In this document: positions 10,345-20,823 of the stretch, in pieces
How positions within the stretch are numbered: the first letter of the stretch is position 1
Layout: each line of letters opens with the position of its first letter
DNA from: an uncultured Thermoleophilia bacterium
GTDB taxonomy: Bacteria > Actinomycetota > Thermoleophilia > UBA2241
DNA: 64,000 bases
Direction: 5' to 3'
Assembly (NCBI GenBank): GCA_963705085.1
Contig: CAVPIV010000004.1
Coordinates: 1,043,379 to 1,107,378 of the forward strand
The notes under the pieces: model-generated
What the model was told of the DNA's origin: nothing
Database searches by the model: none
What the model saw: only the letters and a program-made list of their open reading frames with translations
Position numbers and translations under genes: made by a program

Positions 10345-12123
10345 ATGGACTTCTACACCGGACGCGTGCTGCGGCTCGACCTCACGGCCGGCACGGCCAC
10401 GGTCGAGCCGCTCAACGAGGAGTGGGCCCGCCTCTACATCGGCGGCAAGGGCCTGCTCCTGCGCTACCTCTTCGCGGAGCTGCCGGCCGGCACGAAGGCG
10501 CTGGCCCCCGAGAACCCGCTCATTCTGGCGACCGGGCCGTTCGCCGGCACGGCTGCCCCCACCTGCTCACGCCTGGCGGTCGGCTGCAAGAGCCCGGCCA
10601 CCGGGACCTTGCTCGACTCGTACGTCGGCGGCTCTTTCGCCACCGAGCTCAAGTTCGCAGGGTACGACCTGGTGCTGATCACCGGCCGGGCGCCCGCGCC
10701 GGTCCTCGTCCTCGTCGAGGACGAGCGGGTCGAGCTCCTCCCGGCCGCAGGCCGGTTCTGGGGTCTCGAGACGGCCGCCCTCGAGGAGGTCGTGCGGCGC
10801 GAGATGGGGCCCCACCACAAGGTGCTCTCGACCGGCCCGGCAGGCGAACGCGAAGTGCCCTTCGCCTGCCTCTCGACCGACCACTACCACAAGGCCGGCC
10901 GCGGCGGCGCCGGCGCCGTGATGGGCAGCAAGAACCTCAAGGCGGTCGTGGTGCGCGGCACCGGCGCCGTGAGCGTCGGCGACACGGCCGCCTTCACCGC
11001 CGACGTGCTCCGCCTGCAGCGCGAGCGCGTGCTGACCGCCGACAACGCCTGGGCCTACGAGGAGGGCACGCCCTTTCTCGTCGAGGCCGTCAACGACGCC
11101 GGCGCCCTGCCTACCCGCAACTTCCGCAGCGGCACCTTCGCCGGCGTGCCGGCGATCGGCTCTGCCGCCCTGCTCGCCGTACGCACCAAGGTGCGGGCCT
11201 GCACGCAGTGTCCACTGGCCTGCCGCCAGGTCCACGCCTTCGCCGACCACGTCTGTGAAGGCCCGGAGTTCGAGACCCTCGGGCTCTGTGGCGCCAACTG
11301 CGGCATCGCCGATCTCGCCGCCGTCGCCGCCTTCACCCGCGACTGCGACGAGCTCGGCCTCGACACGATGTCCGCCGGCGTCATTGTCGGCCTGGCCATG
11401 GAGTTGTGCGAACACGGCGCCGCCGACTACGGCCTCGCCTTCGGCGACGTGGACGCCTACCTGGCGGCGCCCCGCCTCATCGCCGCCCGCGAAGGCTACG
11501 GCGCCGAGCTCGCCCTCGGCGCCCGGGCTTTGGCCGCCCTCAAGGGGCGGCCGGACCTGGCGACCGAGGTCAAGGGCCTCGAGATGCCGGCCTACGATCC
11601 GCGGGGCACGTTCGGCATGGGCCTCGGCTACGCCACCTCCGACCGCGGCGCCTGCCACATGCGCGCCTTCACCGCCTACGACGACATCCTCGGCGGCAGC
11701 GCGCCGCCCGACTCCCTCGAAGGCAAGGCGCAGCTCGTCGTCGACCTACAGGACTTCAGCGCCGTGGCCTGGACCGGCGTGTGGTGCTCCAACATGGCCC
11801 TGGACACCGACTTCCTCGGCGCCTATCTCAGGCACGTCTGGAAGCGGGAAACGTCTCATGAGGAGCTGATGACCGTCGGCGCCCGCATCTGGAACCTCGG
11901 CCGCCTCCTCAACCTGCGCGAGGGCATACGCCGCGAGGACGACCGGCTGCCGGAGCGCATCCTGCGCACTCCTCACCCGGACGGGGTCGCCGCCGGCAAG
12001 GTATTGACCGCCGAGGAGCTGCGGGCGGCGATCGACGAGTACTACCGCCTGCGCGGCTGGACGCCGGAGGGCGTGCCGGAGGAGACAACCCTTCAGCGCC
12101 TGGCGGTCGACGTCCGGGTCTGA
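10345..12123 (+). CDS. aor: Aldehyde:ferredoxin oxidoreductase (tungsten/molybdenum pterin)
   Basis: KSPATG, AGRGGAGAVMGSKNLKAV, CTQCPLAC, GPEFET, CDELGLDTMS, DPRG, DRGACH, YYRLRGW. Confidence 0.93.
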   Translation: MDFYTGRVLRLDLTAGTATVEPLNEEWARLYIGGKGLLLRYLFAELPAGTKALAPENPLILATGPFAGTAAPTCSRLAVGCKSPATGTLLDSYVGGSFATELKFAGYDLVLITGRAPAPVLVLVEDERVELLPAAGRFWGLETAALEEVVRREMGPHHKVLSTGPAGEREVPFACLSTDHYHKAGRGGAGAVMGSKNLKAVVVRGTGAVSVGDTAAFTADVLRLQRERVLTADNAWAYEEGTPFLVEAVNDAGALPTRNFRSGTFAGVPAIGSAALLAVRTKVRACTQCPLACRQVHAFADHVCEGPEFETLGLCGANCGIADLAAVAAFTRDCDELGLDTMSAGVIVGLAMELCEHGAADYGLAFGDVDAYLAAPRLIAAREGYGAELALGARALAALKGRPDLATEVKGLEMPAYDPRGTFGMGLGYATSDRGACHMRAFTAYDDILGGSAPPDSLEGKAQLVVDLQDFSAVAWTGVWCSNMALDTDFLGAYLRHVWKRETSHEELMTVGARIWNLGRLLNLREGIRREDDRLPERILRTPHPDGVAAGKVLTAEELRAAIDEYYRLRGWTPEGVPEETTLQRLAVDVRV

Positions 12124-12132
12124 GCCGCCGGG

Positions 12133-14337
12133 CTAGGCGTCGGCGCCGGAGTCTGCCTCGCCCAGCGCCTGGGCAGCGACTGCCGCCGCAGGCTTCCCGG
12201 ACGTCTGCGCCGCCAGCAGCTCATCCGGCGGGATGTGACAGTTGTACGTGTGCCCAGGCGCGGCTTCCTGCACCGGTGGCTCCTGCGTCTCGCAGATCTT
12301 CCCGAGGAAGCGGTGGCAGCGCGTGTGGAACCGGCAGCCCGAGGGCGGATCGCTGAGGCTCGGCATGCTGCCGCGCAGCGGGATCCGCTGGTGGGGGTCG
12401 TCGAAATCGAGTGTGGGGATCGACGACAGCAGAGCCTCCGTGTAGGGATGGTGCGGTGGGTTGAAGACCTGTTCGGCCGAGCCGACCTCGATGAGCTCCG
12501 CGAGGTACATCACCCCGATGCGGTCGGAGATGTAGCGAACCACGGCGAGGTCGTGGGAAATGAAGACGTACGACACCTGCTTGGTGGTCTGCAGCTCGAC
12601 GAGCAGGTTGAGGATGCTGGCCTGCACCGACACGTCGAGGGCCGAGGCGGGCTCGTCGCAGACGACCAGCGTCGTGGGGTTGCCGGCGAAGGCGCGGGCG
12701 ATGGCGATGCGCTGCTTTTGGCCACCCGAGAGATCCATCGGCTTCTGCAGGAGGAAGCGCGGCTCGACGCGCACGTCGGCCGACAGCTTGTCGACCATGG
12801 CGCGCACCGAACCTTCCCCGGCGCCGCCGAGCTTGCGCACGGAGCGGGTGAGGATGGCACGCGTGCTCCACGACGGGTTGAGTGTGGAGTCGGGGTTCTG
12901 GAAGACCATTTGGATGGCGCGCAGCGCGTTCTGTGAGCGGCGCCCGGCGGTGGAGGGCAGCTTCTTGCCCTCGAACTCCATCGTGCCGGAATCGGCGGCG
13001 ATGAGGCCGGTGACGCACTTGGCCAGGGTAGTTTTGCCGCTGCCCGACTCGCCCACGAGACCGAAGGTCTCGCCGCGCTTGAGCCGGAGCGACACGTCGT
13101 GCACAGCGGTGAGCCTCTTGCGCCCGTCCTTGAACGTGCGATTCACGTCGCCGATGAGGAGCACGTCGCCCTCGCTCGCGCCCCTGGCCTCCAGGCTGGT
13201 GGCGAGGACCGGGGTCCGGCGCGGCATCTCGGGCACGTCCCCAGAGAAGTAGCAGCGCGCGTGGCGCGCTGCCTCCCCGACCGGGTTGGCGTGGTGCGGC
13301 GAGTAGGCTGCCGGGTCCGGCGGCATGGCCTCAGCCTCCGCCGCCCCCTTGGCTCCGCCGTCGCCTGGCCAAGCGTAGAGGTCGGGCTCGCGGCGCGCAC
13401 AGACCGGCTGCGCCATCGGACAGCGCGCCGAGTAGACACAGCCCTTCAGCGGCTCGCCGAGGGCCGGCAGCGTGCCGGGGATGGTCTCCAGCGCCGCGTC
13501 GGTCTTGTTCATGCCGAAGCGCGGCACGCAGCGCAGCAGGCCCATCGTGTACGGGTGCCGCGGGTCGGTGAAGATCTCGCGGGCAGGACCTTCTTCGACC
13601 AGGCGCCCCGCGTAGAGCACGCCGACGCGCTCGCAGAGGCGCGCCACCAGGCCGAGATTGTGCGTGATCAGCAGGATGGCCGCGTTGATGCGCCCGCGCA
13701 GCTCCTCGATAAGGTCGAGGATCTCGGCCTCCACGGTGGCGTCGAGGCCGGTCGTGGGCTCGTCGAGGACCAGCAGGTGCGGGTTGACGGCCAGCGCCAT
13801 GGCGATGACCACGCGCTGCTGCTGCCCGCCGGAGAGCTCGAAGGGGTAGCGGCGCAGGGTCGAGTCAGGGTCGGGGAGCGCAACGCGGCGTAGGCTCTCG
13901 CGAGCGCGCTCGAGCGCCTCGGCCTTGCCGAGACCCTCGTGGTAGCGAAAGACCTCGGCGACCTGGTCGCCGATGCGCATCGCCGGGCTAAGGGCCGTGG
14001 CGGGGTCCTGGTAGACCATGGCGATCTGCTCGCCGCGCCACTTGCGCACCGCCTCTTCGCTCAGCTTGCTGACGTCCTGCCCATCGACCAGCACCCGGCC
14101 GGCGTCGATCGTGCCGTTGGCGGCCAGGTAGCGGAGCGCGGCCATGGCCAGCGTGGTCTTGCCGCAGCCCGACTCGCCGACAAGGCCGTAGGCTTCGCCG
14201 CGCTCGATGCGCAGGGTCACGCCCTTCAGCACCGGCAGGTCGCGGCCGCGACGATGGAACGTGACCTCAAGGTCGCGGACGTCGAGCGCGGCCGGCGCGG
14301 CGTCCGGGGCGTTGGCTGGTTGTTCCACGGTGCTCAT
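12133..14337 (-). CDS. Dipeptide/oligopeptide-type ABC transporter, fused double ATP-binding subunit
   Basis: Two Walker A motifs (GESGCGKT, GESGSGKT), two LSGGQ signatures, HPYT and C-terminal GC-F-RC motifs. ATGA overlap with the upstream permease. Confidence 0.93.
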   Translation of the reverse strand: MSTVEQPANAPDAAPAALDVRDLEVTFHRRGRDLPVLKGVTLRIERGEAYGLVGESGCGKTTLAMAALRYLAANGTIDAGRVLVDGQDVSKLSEEAVRKWRGEQIAMVYQDPATALSPAMRIGDQVAEVFRYHEGLGKAEALERARESLRRVALPDPDSTLRRYPFELSGGQQQRVVIAMALAVNPHLLVLDEPTTGLDATVEAEILDLIEELRGRINAAILLITHNLGLVARLCERVGVLYAGRLVEEGPAREIFTDPRHPYTMGLLRCVPRFGMNKTDAALETIPGTLPALGEPLKGCVYSARCPMAQPVCARREPDLYAWPGDGGAKGAAEAEAMPPDPAAYSPHHANPVGEAARHARCYFSGDVPEMPRRTPVLATSLEARGASEGDVLLIGDVNRTFKDGRKRLTAVHDVSLRLKRGETFGLVGESGSGKTTLAKCVTGLIAADSGTMEFEGKKLPSTAGRRSQNALRAIQMVFQNPDSTLNPSWSTRAILTRSVRKLGGAGEGSVRAMVDKLSADVRVEPRFLLQKPMDLSGGQKQRIAIARAFAGNPTTLVVCDEPASALDVSVQASILNLLVELQTTKQVSYVFISHDLAVVRYISDRIGVMYLAELIEVGSAEQVFNPPHHPYTEALLSSIPTLDFDDPHQRIPLRGSMPSLSDPPSGCRFHTRCHRFLGKICETQEPPVQEAAPGHTYNCHIPPDELLAAQTSGKPAAAVAAQALGEADSGADA

Positions 14338-15317
14338 CTCGAGAAGACCCGTGAGAGTCCGTCGGTGATGAGATTGACGCCCACCACAAGAGAGGCGAGG
14401 GCGGCGGCGGGGATCAGCACCGTCCACGGGGCGATCTGCAGGAAGATCCTCTCCGTGGCGATCGTGAGGCCCCAGTCGGGCGACGGCGGCACCAGGCCGA
14501 AGCCGAGAAACGACAGCGTGGCCGCCGTGAACACGGCGTAACCCAGACGGATCGTACCCTCGACGATGATCGGCTGCGTGATGTTGGGCAGGATCTCGCG
14601 CGCCATGACGAACGCCGAGCGTTCGCCCCGCAGGCGCGCCGCCATGACGTACTCGCGCTCGCGCTCGCCGATGACCGCCGCACGAATGGTGCGGCTGACC
14701 ACCGGTGTGAACAGCGCCCCGATGACGACGATGACGATGGCCAGCGACTTGCCGAGCAGCGACAGGATGAGGATGGAGGTGATGATGACCGGCAGGGCCA
14801 GCAGCACGTCCACCAGCCGCATGATGATCTCGTCGGTCATGCCGCGGTAGAAGCCGGAGACGAGGCCGATGATGCCGCCCCAGAGCAAGGCGAGGAGAGT
14901 CGCCAGGGGCGCGATGATGAGCACGGTGCGGGCACCGGCCATGGTGCGGGCGAGCACGTCGCGGCCGAGGTCGTCGGTGCCGAACCAGTGCGCTGCGCTG
15001 GGCGCCTGGAGACTGGCCGCCGCATCGACATCGAAGGGGCTCTGCGTGATGAACGTCGAGAAGATGGCCATGAAGAGCCAGAAGAGGACGATGAGCAGGC
15101 CGGTCATGAAGGTCGGGCTGCGCAGCAGCGCCTTCGCCAGATAGCGTCGCTGCCGCCGCTGTTCCAGCAGAGAGGCGGCGTCGGCCTGGGCCGTCTGTGC
15201 CTGCCGGTCGGCGGCGGCTTCGGCCTGGAACTCCAGCATCTCGGGATCCGCGTCCACCCAGCTTGCTTCTTCCGCCAGATCGGGGTCCGCCCCGAAGGGG
15301 CCACGCTCTTCGTCCAT
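14334..15317 (-). CDS. ABC transporter permease (DppC/OppC-like)
   Basis: HWFGTDDLGRD, EYVMAAR, LSFLGFG, PDWG. Confidence 0.93.
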   Translation of the reverse strand: MDEERGPFGADPDLAEEASWVDADPEMLEFQAEAAADRQAQTAQADAASLLEQRRQRRYLAKALLRSPTFMTGLLIVLFWLFMAIFSTFITQSPFDVDAAASLQAPSAAHWFGTDDLGRDVLARTMAGARTVLIIAPLATLLALLWGGIIGLVSGFYRGMTDEIIMRLVDVLLALPVIITSILILSLLGKSLAIVIVVIGALFTPVVSRTIRAAVIGEREREYVMAARLRGERSAFVMAREILPNITQPIIVEGTIRLGYAVFTAATLSFLGFGLVPPSPDWGLTIATERIFLQIAPWTVLIPAAALASLVVGVNLITDGLSRVFSR

Positions 15318-15318
15318 G

Positions 15319-16266
15319 TCAGCCGCCCATCCGGATGCGCGGGTTGAGCAGTGCCACCACGATGTCGGCCATCAGGTTGGCGACCATGTAGATCACGGCC
15401 ACGACGAGCACGGCGGCCTCGAGCATCACCACATCGTGCGTCTGCGCGGCGTCGACCATGACCTTGCCGATGCCCGGGTAGACGAACAGGGTCTCGATGA
15501 CCACCAGGCCGCCGATGAGCCAGCCCACCTGGCTGCCGATCACGGTGACGGTCGGCACCATAGCGTTGCGCAGCACGTGGCCGAAGATGACCCGGCGGCG
15601 CGGCAGGCCCTTGAGCACGGCGGTGCGGATGTACGGCGTGGCCAGCACCTGCACGGTGCCGACGCGTGCCATGCGCGCGATGTAGCCCAGCTCGAGGAAC
15701 ATCAGCGGGATGGCGGGGAGGATGAGGTAGTAGAAGCGGTCCACGAAAGGAGAGCCGTCGGGCGGCATGGCGGTCACCGGGAGCCATTTGAGCGACACCG
15801 CGAAGATGTACAGCAGGATGACGCCGCTCACGAACTCGGGGATGACGGTCATCGACAGTGAGGAGACCGTGATCCCCCGATCGAGAAAGCTGTCCTTGCG
15901 CAGCCCCGCGAAGACGCCCACCAGGATGGACACGGGCACGATGATCACCAGCGCGAAGCCGGCGAGCAGCAGCGAGTTGCCGAGCGCCGTCATGACCGTC
16001 GGCCGCACCGGGATGTTGAGGAGAGGCGATTCTCCCCAATCACCGGTGACGAAGCCGGCGGCCCAGCTCGCGTAGCGCTCGTAGATCGGCTTGTCGGCGC
16101 CCAGCTTCTGGTTGAGGATATCGACCTGTTCCTGCGTGGCGTAGGCCCCCAGGATGGAGCGCCCCACGTCGCCGGGCAGCACCTCGGCGAGCGCGAACAC
16201 GAGTATCGACACCAGGATCAGTGTCGGTATCATGAGGAGCAGCCGCCGTCCGATGAGGCGCAGCAT
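15319..16266 (-). CDS. ABC transporter permease (DppB/OppB-like)
   Basis: LPGDV, GDWGES, YIRTAVLKGL, HVLRNA, IETLFVYPGIG. Confidence 0.93.
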   Translation of the reverse strand: MLRLIGRRLLLMIPTLILVSILVFALAEVLPGDVGRSILGAYATQEQVDILNQKLGADKPIYERYASWAAGFVTGDWGESPLLNIPVRPTVMTALGNSLLLAGFALVIIVPVSILVGVFAGLRKDSFLDRGITVSSLSMTVIPEFVSGVILLYIFAVSLKWLPVTAMPPDGSPFVDRFYYLILPAIPLMFLELGYIARMARVGTVQVLATPYIRTAVLKGLPRRRVIFGHVLRNAMVPTVTVIGSQVGWLIGGLVVIETLFVYPGIGKVMVDAAQTHDVVMLEAAVLVVAVIYMVANLMADIVVALLNPRIRMGG

Positions 16267-16311
16267 CCCGGGGACCCTACGTCAGCCGATGTCAGTAGCC
16301 GGTCGTCAGCC

Positions 16312-17997
16312 TCAGGCGGTCTTGAACGCTTCCTTCATGAGGCAGTAGAAGTTGCCGGGGCCCTGGATGCCGTACACGGTCTTCTTCTGTGTGCGCAGCG
16401 CGCTGATGTAGTAGGCCACGAGGATGGGCGTGTCGTCCTGCTGGATCTGCGACAGCTTTGTGGCGAGCGTCGTGCGCGACGCCTCGTCCGCAGTCGACAT
16501 GTACTCGTCGAAGGTGGCGGCGAAGTCCTTGTTGTCCCATTTCGACGAGCTCCACGGTGCGCCGGGCATGAGCATGGCCTGGGCGTACACGCCCGGCGTC
16601 GGCCGGCTGCCCCACTCGACGATGGGCATCGCTGCGTTGAGCCACGGCGTGGAGGTCTCGGTGCCCGCGTAGTAATCTTCGTAGGGGACGAAGTCGAGCG
16701 TCACGTTGATGCCGGCCGGCTTGCACTGCGCCTGGATGAGCTGCGCGTACTGCGGGTTCTCCAGGTACTTGGAGTAGGTCAGCACGATGTCGAGACCGCC
16801 GGCGTGGCCGGCGTCGGCGAGCAGCTGCTTCGCCTTGTCGTAGTCCTGGGCACGCGGCGTGGAAGCCGGGCTGGCCGGGAAGACCGCGGGCTCCCAGAAG
16901 GTGTCATAGCCCAGGCTGCTGCGGCCGTCGAACAACGCCTTGTTGATGGCCTCCCGGTCGAGACAGTAGGCGACCGCCTGGCGAAGGGCGGAGCCGCCGC
17001 TCTTCCACGGCTCCTTTGTGACGTTGAACGCGACCTCGCGGATGCCGGTGCCAGGGTAGACGTCCACCCTGAGGTTGGGATCGCTGAAGAGCGCCTGCGA
17101 GCCCTGGAAGACCGTCTGCGGCTGGAAGTCGATGGTGCCGGACTGCAGCTGCAGGTTGGCGGCCGACTCGTCCAGCACAAAGGCCCAGTTGACCCCGTCC
17201 AGGTACGGGAGCTGGTTGCCCGCGGCGTCTTTGCCCCAGTAGGTGGGGTTCTTGACCATGGTGCACTTCTGCTTGGCGACGTACTCCTTGAGAATGAAGG
17301 GACCAGTGCCTACAGGGTTATTGACGAAGTTGCCGTCGTAGTTGCGCGGCAGCATGACGGCGTTGTAGTTCGACATGCAGACCATGTACGGGAAATCGGC
17401 GAACGGCTTGTCGAGGGTGAACTCGACGGTGTAGGTGTCGACTGCCTTGGTGCCGCCCGGGGAGAGGATGCCCCCGAGGACGGACAGAGCCGAGGAACCG
17501 GTCTTGGGATCGATGAGGCGCTCGAAGGTGGCCACCACGTCCGCCGCCTCGAAGGGGCTTCCGTCGTTGAACTTGACGCCCTGTTGCAGCTTGAAGGTCC
17601 AGACCGAGGCGTCTGCATTCCCCGACCAGCTCTCCGCGAGCCTGGGCACCAGGGCGTTCTGGTTATCCAGATCGATGAGGTACTCACAGAGGTTCATGAT
17701 GAGGACGATGCCGCCCTGGTCCTTGATCGTCGCCGGGTCAATGTCGGTGAGCGACGGCGGGATGACGCCTGTGAGCGTGCCGCCCATGACCGGCGCCGGC
17801 ATGCCGCTGGCGCTCGCCGACGGGGTCGTCGAGGTGCTGCTGCTGCCCCCGCAGGCGGCCAGCAGCGAGCCGGCTGCCGTGAGGGAGAAGCCGAAGACGG
17901 AGGCGCGCACCAAGAGCTGGCGGCGCGTCATCCGCCCGTTCTGCACTTGTTCGATGAGATGGTGGGCGTACTCCCTGCGGAACTGATCGTCGGTCAT
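16312..17997 (-). CDS. ABC transporter family 5 substrate-binding lipoprotein (Tat-type signal)
   Basis: RBS AGGGGGAG before ATG 17997; TRRQLL twin-arginine motif and LAAC lipobox; LAESW, FKLQQGVKFNDG, PVGTGPF. Confidence 0.92.
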   Translation of the reverse strand: MTDDQFRREYAHHLIEQVQNGRMTRRQLLVRASVFGFSLTAAGSLLAACGGSSSTSTTPSASASGMPAPVMGGTLTGVIPPSLTDIDPATIKDQGGIVLIMNLCEYLIDLDNQNALVPRLAESWSGNADASVWTFKLQQGVKFNDGSPFEAADVVATFERLIDPKTGSSALSVLGGILSPGGTKAVDTYTVEFTLDKPFADFPYMVCMSNYNAVMLPRNYDGNFVNNPVGTGPFILKEYVAKQKCTMVKNPTYWGKDAAGNQLPYLDGVNWAFVLDESAANLQLQSGTIDFQPQTVFQGSQALFSDPNLRVDVYPGTGIREVAFNVTKEPWKSGGSALRQAVAYCLDREAINKALFDGRSSLGYDTFWEPAVFPASPASTPRAQDYDKAKQLLADAGHAGGLDIVLTYSKYLENPQYAQLIQAQCKPAGINVTLDFVPYEDYYAGTETSTPWLNAAMPIVEWGSRPTPGVYAQAMLMPGAPWSSSKWDNKDFAATFDEYMSTADEASRTTLATKLSQIQQDDTPILVAYYISALRTQKKTVYGIQGPGNFYCLMKEAFKTA

Positions 17998-18118
17998 CGC
18001 TGCTCCCCCTAGCCTTAGGCCTGCGAAACGACGTGGGCGGGACGCGGCGCGCCGCATGGTCAAAGTCCGCCCCTTGGATAGTTGGATTGCACGATACAGG
18101 CTCGCGGCTCGGAAGACA

Positions 18119-18138
18119 ATGACCAACCGGCCAGTTAG
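18119..18138. promoter_or_regulatory. Putative operator upstream of the ABC importer
   Basis: ATGACCAACCGGCCAGTTAG, similar to the palindrome at 23997. Confidence 0.55.
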
Positions 18139-18210
18139 TTCGCACCCATTTGGGCACGGGAGCCAAGGTCAGGGGAGGCCGGCGGGTGAGTCAGGCGCCG
18201 GGCGGCGAGA

Positions 18211-19362
18211 TCAGACGCCGGGCGGGGGGATCAGGACGAGCTTGCCGGCGGGCCGCCCCTCGAGCAGGGCCGTCTGGGCGACGGCGATCCTCTCCAACGG
18301 GAAGGTCCCGGCGACCGGCAGTCGCAGATCGCCGGCCTCGACGGCGGCGACCACGGCGGCGAAAGTGCCCTGCTCCCACGCCGTGCAGCCGATCAGGGTC
18401 AGATCCTTGAGGTAGAAGGTGCGCTTGTCGAAGGCGACCAGCGGCCCGGCAATCGCACCCGACGAGACGTAGCGGCCGCCGCGCCGGAGGACGCCCAGCA
18501 TGGCCCCGAACTGAGGACCCGAGACGTTGTCGACCACGACATCCACGCTCTGCTGGCCGAGCAAACCGGCGGGGTCGTCGTCGCCGACGACACGATCGGC
18601 GCCCAGCGCCAGCACCTGGTCCGCGCGATCGCGTCGTGCGAGGGCGGTCACAAGGGCGCCGCGCCGCTTCGCGAGTTGCACCACGGCCGAGCCGACGCCG
18701 CCCGAGGCGCCGACGACGAGGACGTGCTCGCCCTCGGCTACGGCAGCCCGGCACAGCATGTTCTCTGCCGTCCCCGAGGCGCAGGGAATCGCGCCGAGCT
18801 CGACATCGCTCAGGGCGCAGTCGACGGCGAAGACCTCGGAGGCCGGCACGCGCGCGTACTGGGCGAAGGCGCCGTCGAAGTCCGAGCCCAGCCAGACCGT
18901 CTCCATCGACGCGAAGCCGAGGGGCCGCATGCACGGCCGCGCCAGGACGCGGCGACCGATGAGGCGGGCGTCGCCGCCGGCGCCCACCTCGACCACGCGG
19001 CCGCAGCAGTCCGTCCCCTGGATGAACGGGAACGGCGTCGCCCCGCGCCACCCGCCGTCGCCCGAGACGTCAGGCGAGCCGGCTGCTTCCTGCGTGGCGC
19101 TCGCCGCGCCGGCGGTGACGCCGGCGGCGTACCACCCGAGGCGCGTGTTGACGTCGGTGGGGTTCACGCCGGCGGCGAGGACCTGCAGCAGCACCTCGCC
19201 CGCCCCCGGGCTGGGACGCGGCACCTCACGATACTCGAGCCTGTCGAGGCCGCCGGCGCCCGTCGTCACGACGGCCGCCATCGTCGGCGTGCCGCGCTTC
19301 ACGGCGAAGCGGTCCGCCCGGAGGTCGATCTGCCTCCTGATCACCTCGTCTGCGAAGGCCAT
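18211..19362 (-). CDS. MDR-superfamily alcohol dehydrogenase/quinone oxidoreductase-like protein
   Basis: AAGVNPTD, IQGTDCCG, VGASGGVGSA, SGAIAGP, GKLVL. Confidence 0.88.
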   Translation of the reverse strand: MAFADEVIRRQIDLRADRFAVKRGTPTMAAVVTTGAGGLDRLEYREVPRPSPGAGEVLLQVLAAGVNPTDVNTRLGWYAAGVTAGAASATQEAAGSPDVSGDGGWRGATPFPFIQGTDCCGRVVEVGAGGDARLIGRRVLARPCMRPLGFASMETVWLGSDFDGAFAQYARVPASEVFAVDCALSDVELGAIPCASGTAENMLCRAAVAEGEHVLVVGASGGVGSAVVQLAKRRGALVTALARRDRADQVLALGADRVVGDDDPAGLLGQQSVDVVVDNVSGPQFGAMLGVLRRGGRYVSSGAIAGPLVAFDKRTFYLKDLTLIGCTAWEQGTFAAVVAAVEAGDLRLPVAGTFPLERIAVAQTALLEGRPAGKLVLIPPPGV

Positions 19363-19392
19363 GTACGCTCCCCGAGCCGGTTGGACCGTCGC

Positions 19393-20796
19393 CTACGCGA
19401 GGCAGTAGGCGTCGAGCTGCCGGCGGGTGACCGCGTCGAGGTCGTCGGGCGGCTCGTAGGTCTCCAGCAGTTCCTCGACCCGACGGCTCGCGACGGCGGC
19501 GAGGTCGTGAGCCCCGAGACCCAACCACATCCGGTACGGGGCACGGTTCATGATCGTCGGGCGGCGGCCGTCCCGGGCGTGACGACGGGTGTGGCGCTGC
19601 CCGAGCACCGAGCCGCCCGGACCCACGACGGCCATAGTGTCGAGGGCCAGCGTCTCGTCGTCCACGACGACCGGCCGCCTCCCGACGCGCAGCGCGCTCA
19701 GCATCTCGTCGTCGATCACGAACTTCGCCGGCGAGAAGCAGTTGAAGGACGAGAGGATGCCGGCGGCCTGCAGCACGAAGTCCGCGTCGTGGTCGAGGGC
19801 CGCCTCGATCGACAAGGCCGACTCGATCCCCGCCTGCGCGTCGGGGACGTGGGCGTCGGTCAGCGACCCTCCGGCACGCACCGGGACGCCGACGAAGTGG
19901 CCGAGCTGTACCGTCGCCTCGGTGAGGGTCCAGTATTCGGGCGTCCCCATGCTCAGAGCGCCGCTCTTCATGCACGCCAGCGACGACGTCCCCCCGTAGA
20001 GGAACGGGCAGCCCGGGCGAGCGAGCTGGCTGAGGACGAGGCCGCTGAGCAGCTCCGCGTGCTGCACGGCCAGCAGGCCGGCGAGCGAGAGCGGCGCGGT
20101 CGTGCCCCCCATGGCGCAGACCGACACGCAGACGGGCTGGCCGAGGCGGGCCAGGCGCAGCAGCGTCTGGGCCGCCTCGGCCGAGAACTGCAGCGGCGAG
20201 GTCGAGTTGATGTTGGTCCACAGCCGCGGCCGCTCGTGCCACCCCGCGCCGTGGACGATCTCGGTCACGTCGAGGACGACCTGGAGGTCGTTCAGGCCGG
20301 CGACGCTGTACCTGACGGCCTTGTCGCTGCCGACGATCTGGGCGTGCGCGGCCGCCCGCGGCCGCTGCTCCTCGGGCAGATCGGTCGGCTCCACGCTGTG
20401 GCCGTGCACGGCGATGTTGGCGGAGAGATGCGCGAGCGCGATGGCCGTCCGCAGATCGGCGAGCGTGCTGTGGCGCTGCGCGCCGCCGTCGAGGACGAAC
20501 GCCGGCCCCGCGGCGCTGCCCAGCACCGGGGGGCCGTCGCCTCCCACGCGCAGATCGAGCTCGGGTCGCCGGCCCGCCACGACGTACTCGGCCGGCGCCG
20601 ACTCCAGCGCGCGGACCACGAGGGCCTCGCCGAAACGGGCGCGCGCGCCGTCCACGGCGGCCCCGTGCGCCGCGAGCAGCGCCAGCGCCTCGGGATCGAG
20701 GACCTCGAACCCGACGTGCTCCAGCAGCCAGAGACCGGCGTCGTGAACGCGCTGCACATCAGGCGCCGACAGCGCCTGACGCCCGTGCCCGCTCAC
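19393..20796 (-). CDS. Non-pyrrolysine MttB-superfamily methyltransferase (MtgB-like)
   Basis: NSTSPLQF, MGGTTAPLSLAG, RAGGSLTDAHVPDAQAG (Leu at the Pyl-equivalent site), VGPGGS. Ends in TAG. Confidence 0.9.
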   Translation of the reverse strand: MSGHGRQALSAPDVQRVHDAGLWLLEHVGFEVLDPEALALLAAHGAAVDGARARFGEALVVRALESAPAEYVVAGRRPELDLRVGGDGPPVLGSAAGPAFVLDGGAQRHSTLADLRTAIALAHLSANIAVHGHSVEPTDLPEEQRPRAAAHAQIVGSDKAVRYSVAGLNDLQVVLDVTEIVHGAGWHERPRLWTNINSTSPLQFSAEAAQTLLRLARLGQPVCVSVCAMGGTTAPLSLAGLLAVQHAELLSGLVLSQLARPGCPFLYGGTSSLACMKSGALSMGTPEYWTLTEATVQLGHFVGVPVRAGGSLTDAHVPDAQAGIESALSIEAALDHDADFVLQAAGILSSFNCFSPAKFVIDDEMLSALRVGRRPVVVDDETLALDTMAVVGPGGSVLGQRHTRRHARDGRRPTIMNRAPYRMWLGLGAHDLAAVASRRVEELLETYEPPDDLDAVTRRQLDAYCLA

Positions 20797-20823
20797 GCCG
20801 CCCCTGCCCCTGGGCCGCCCGCC

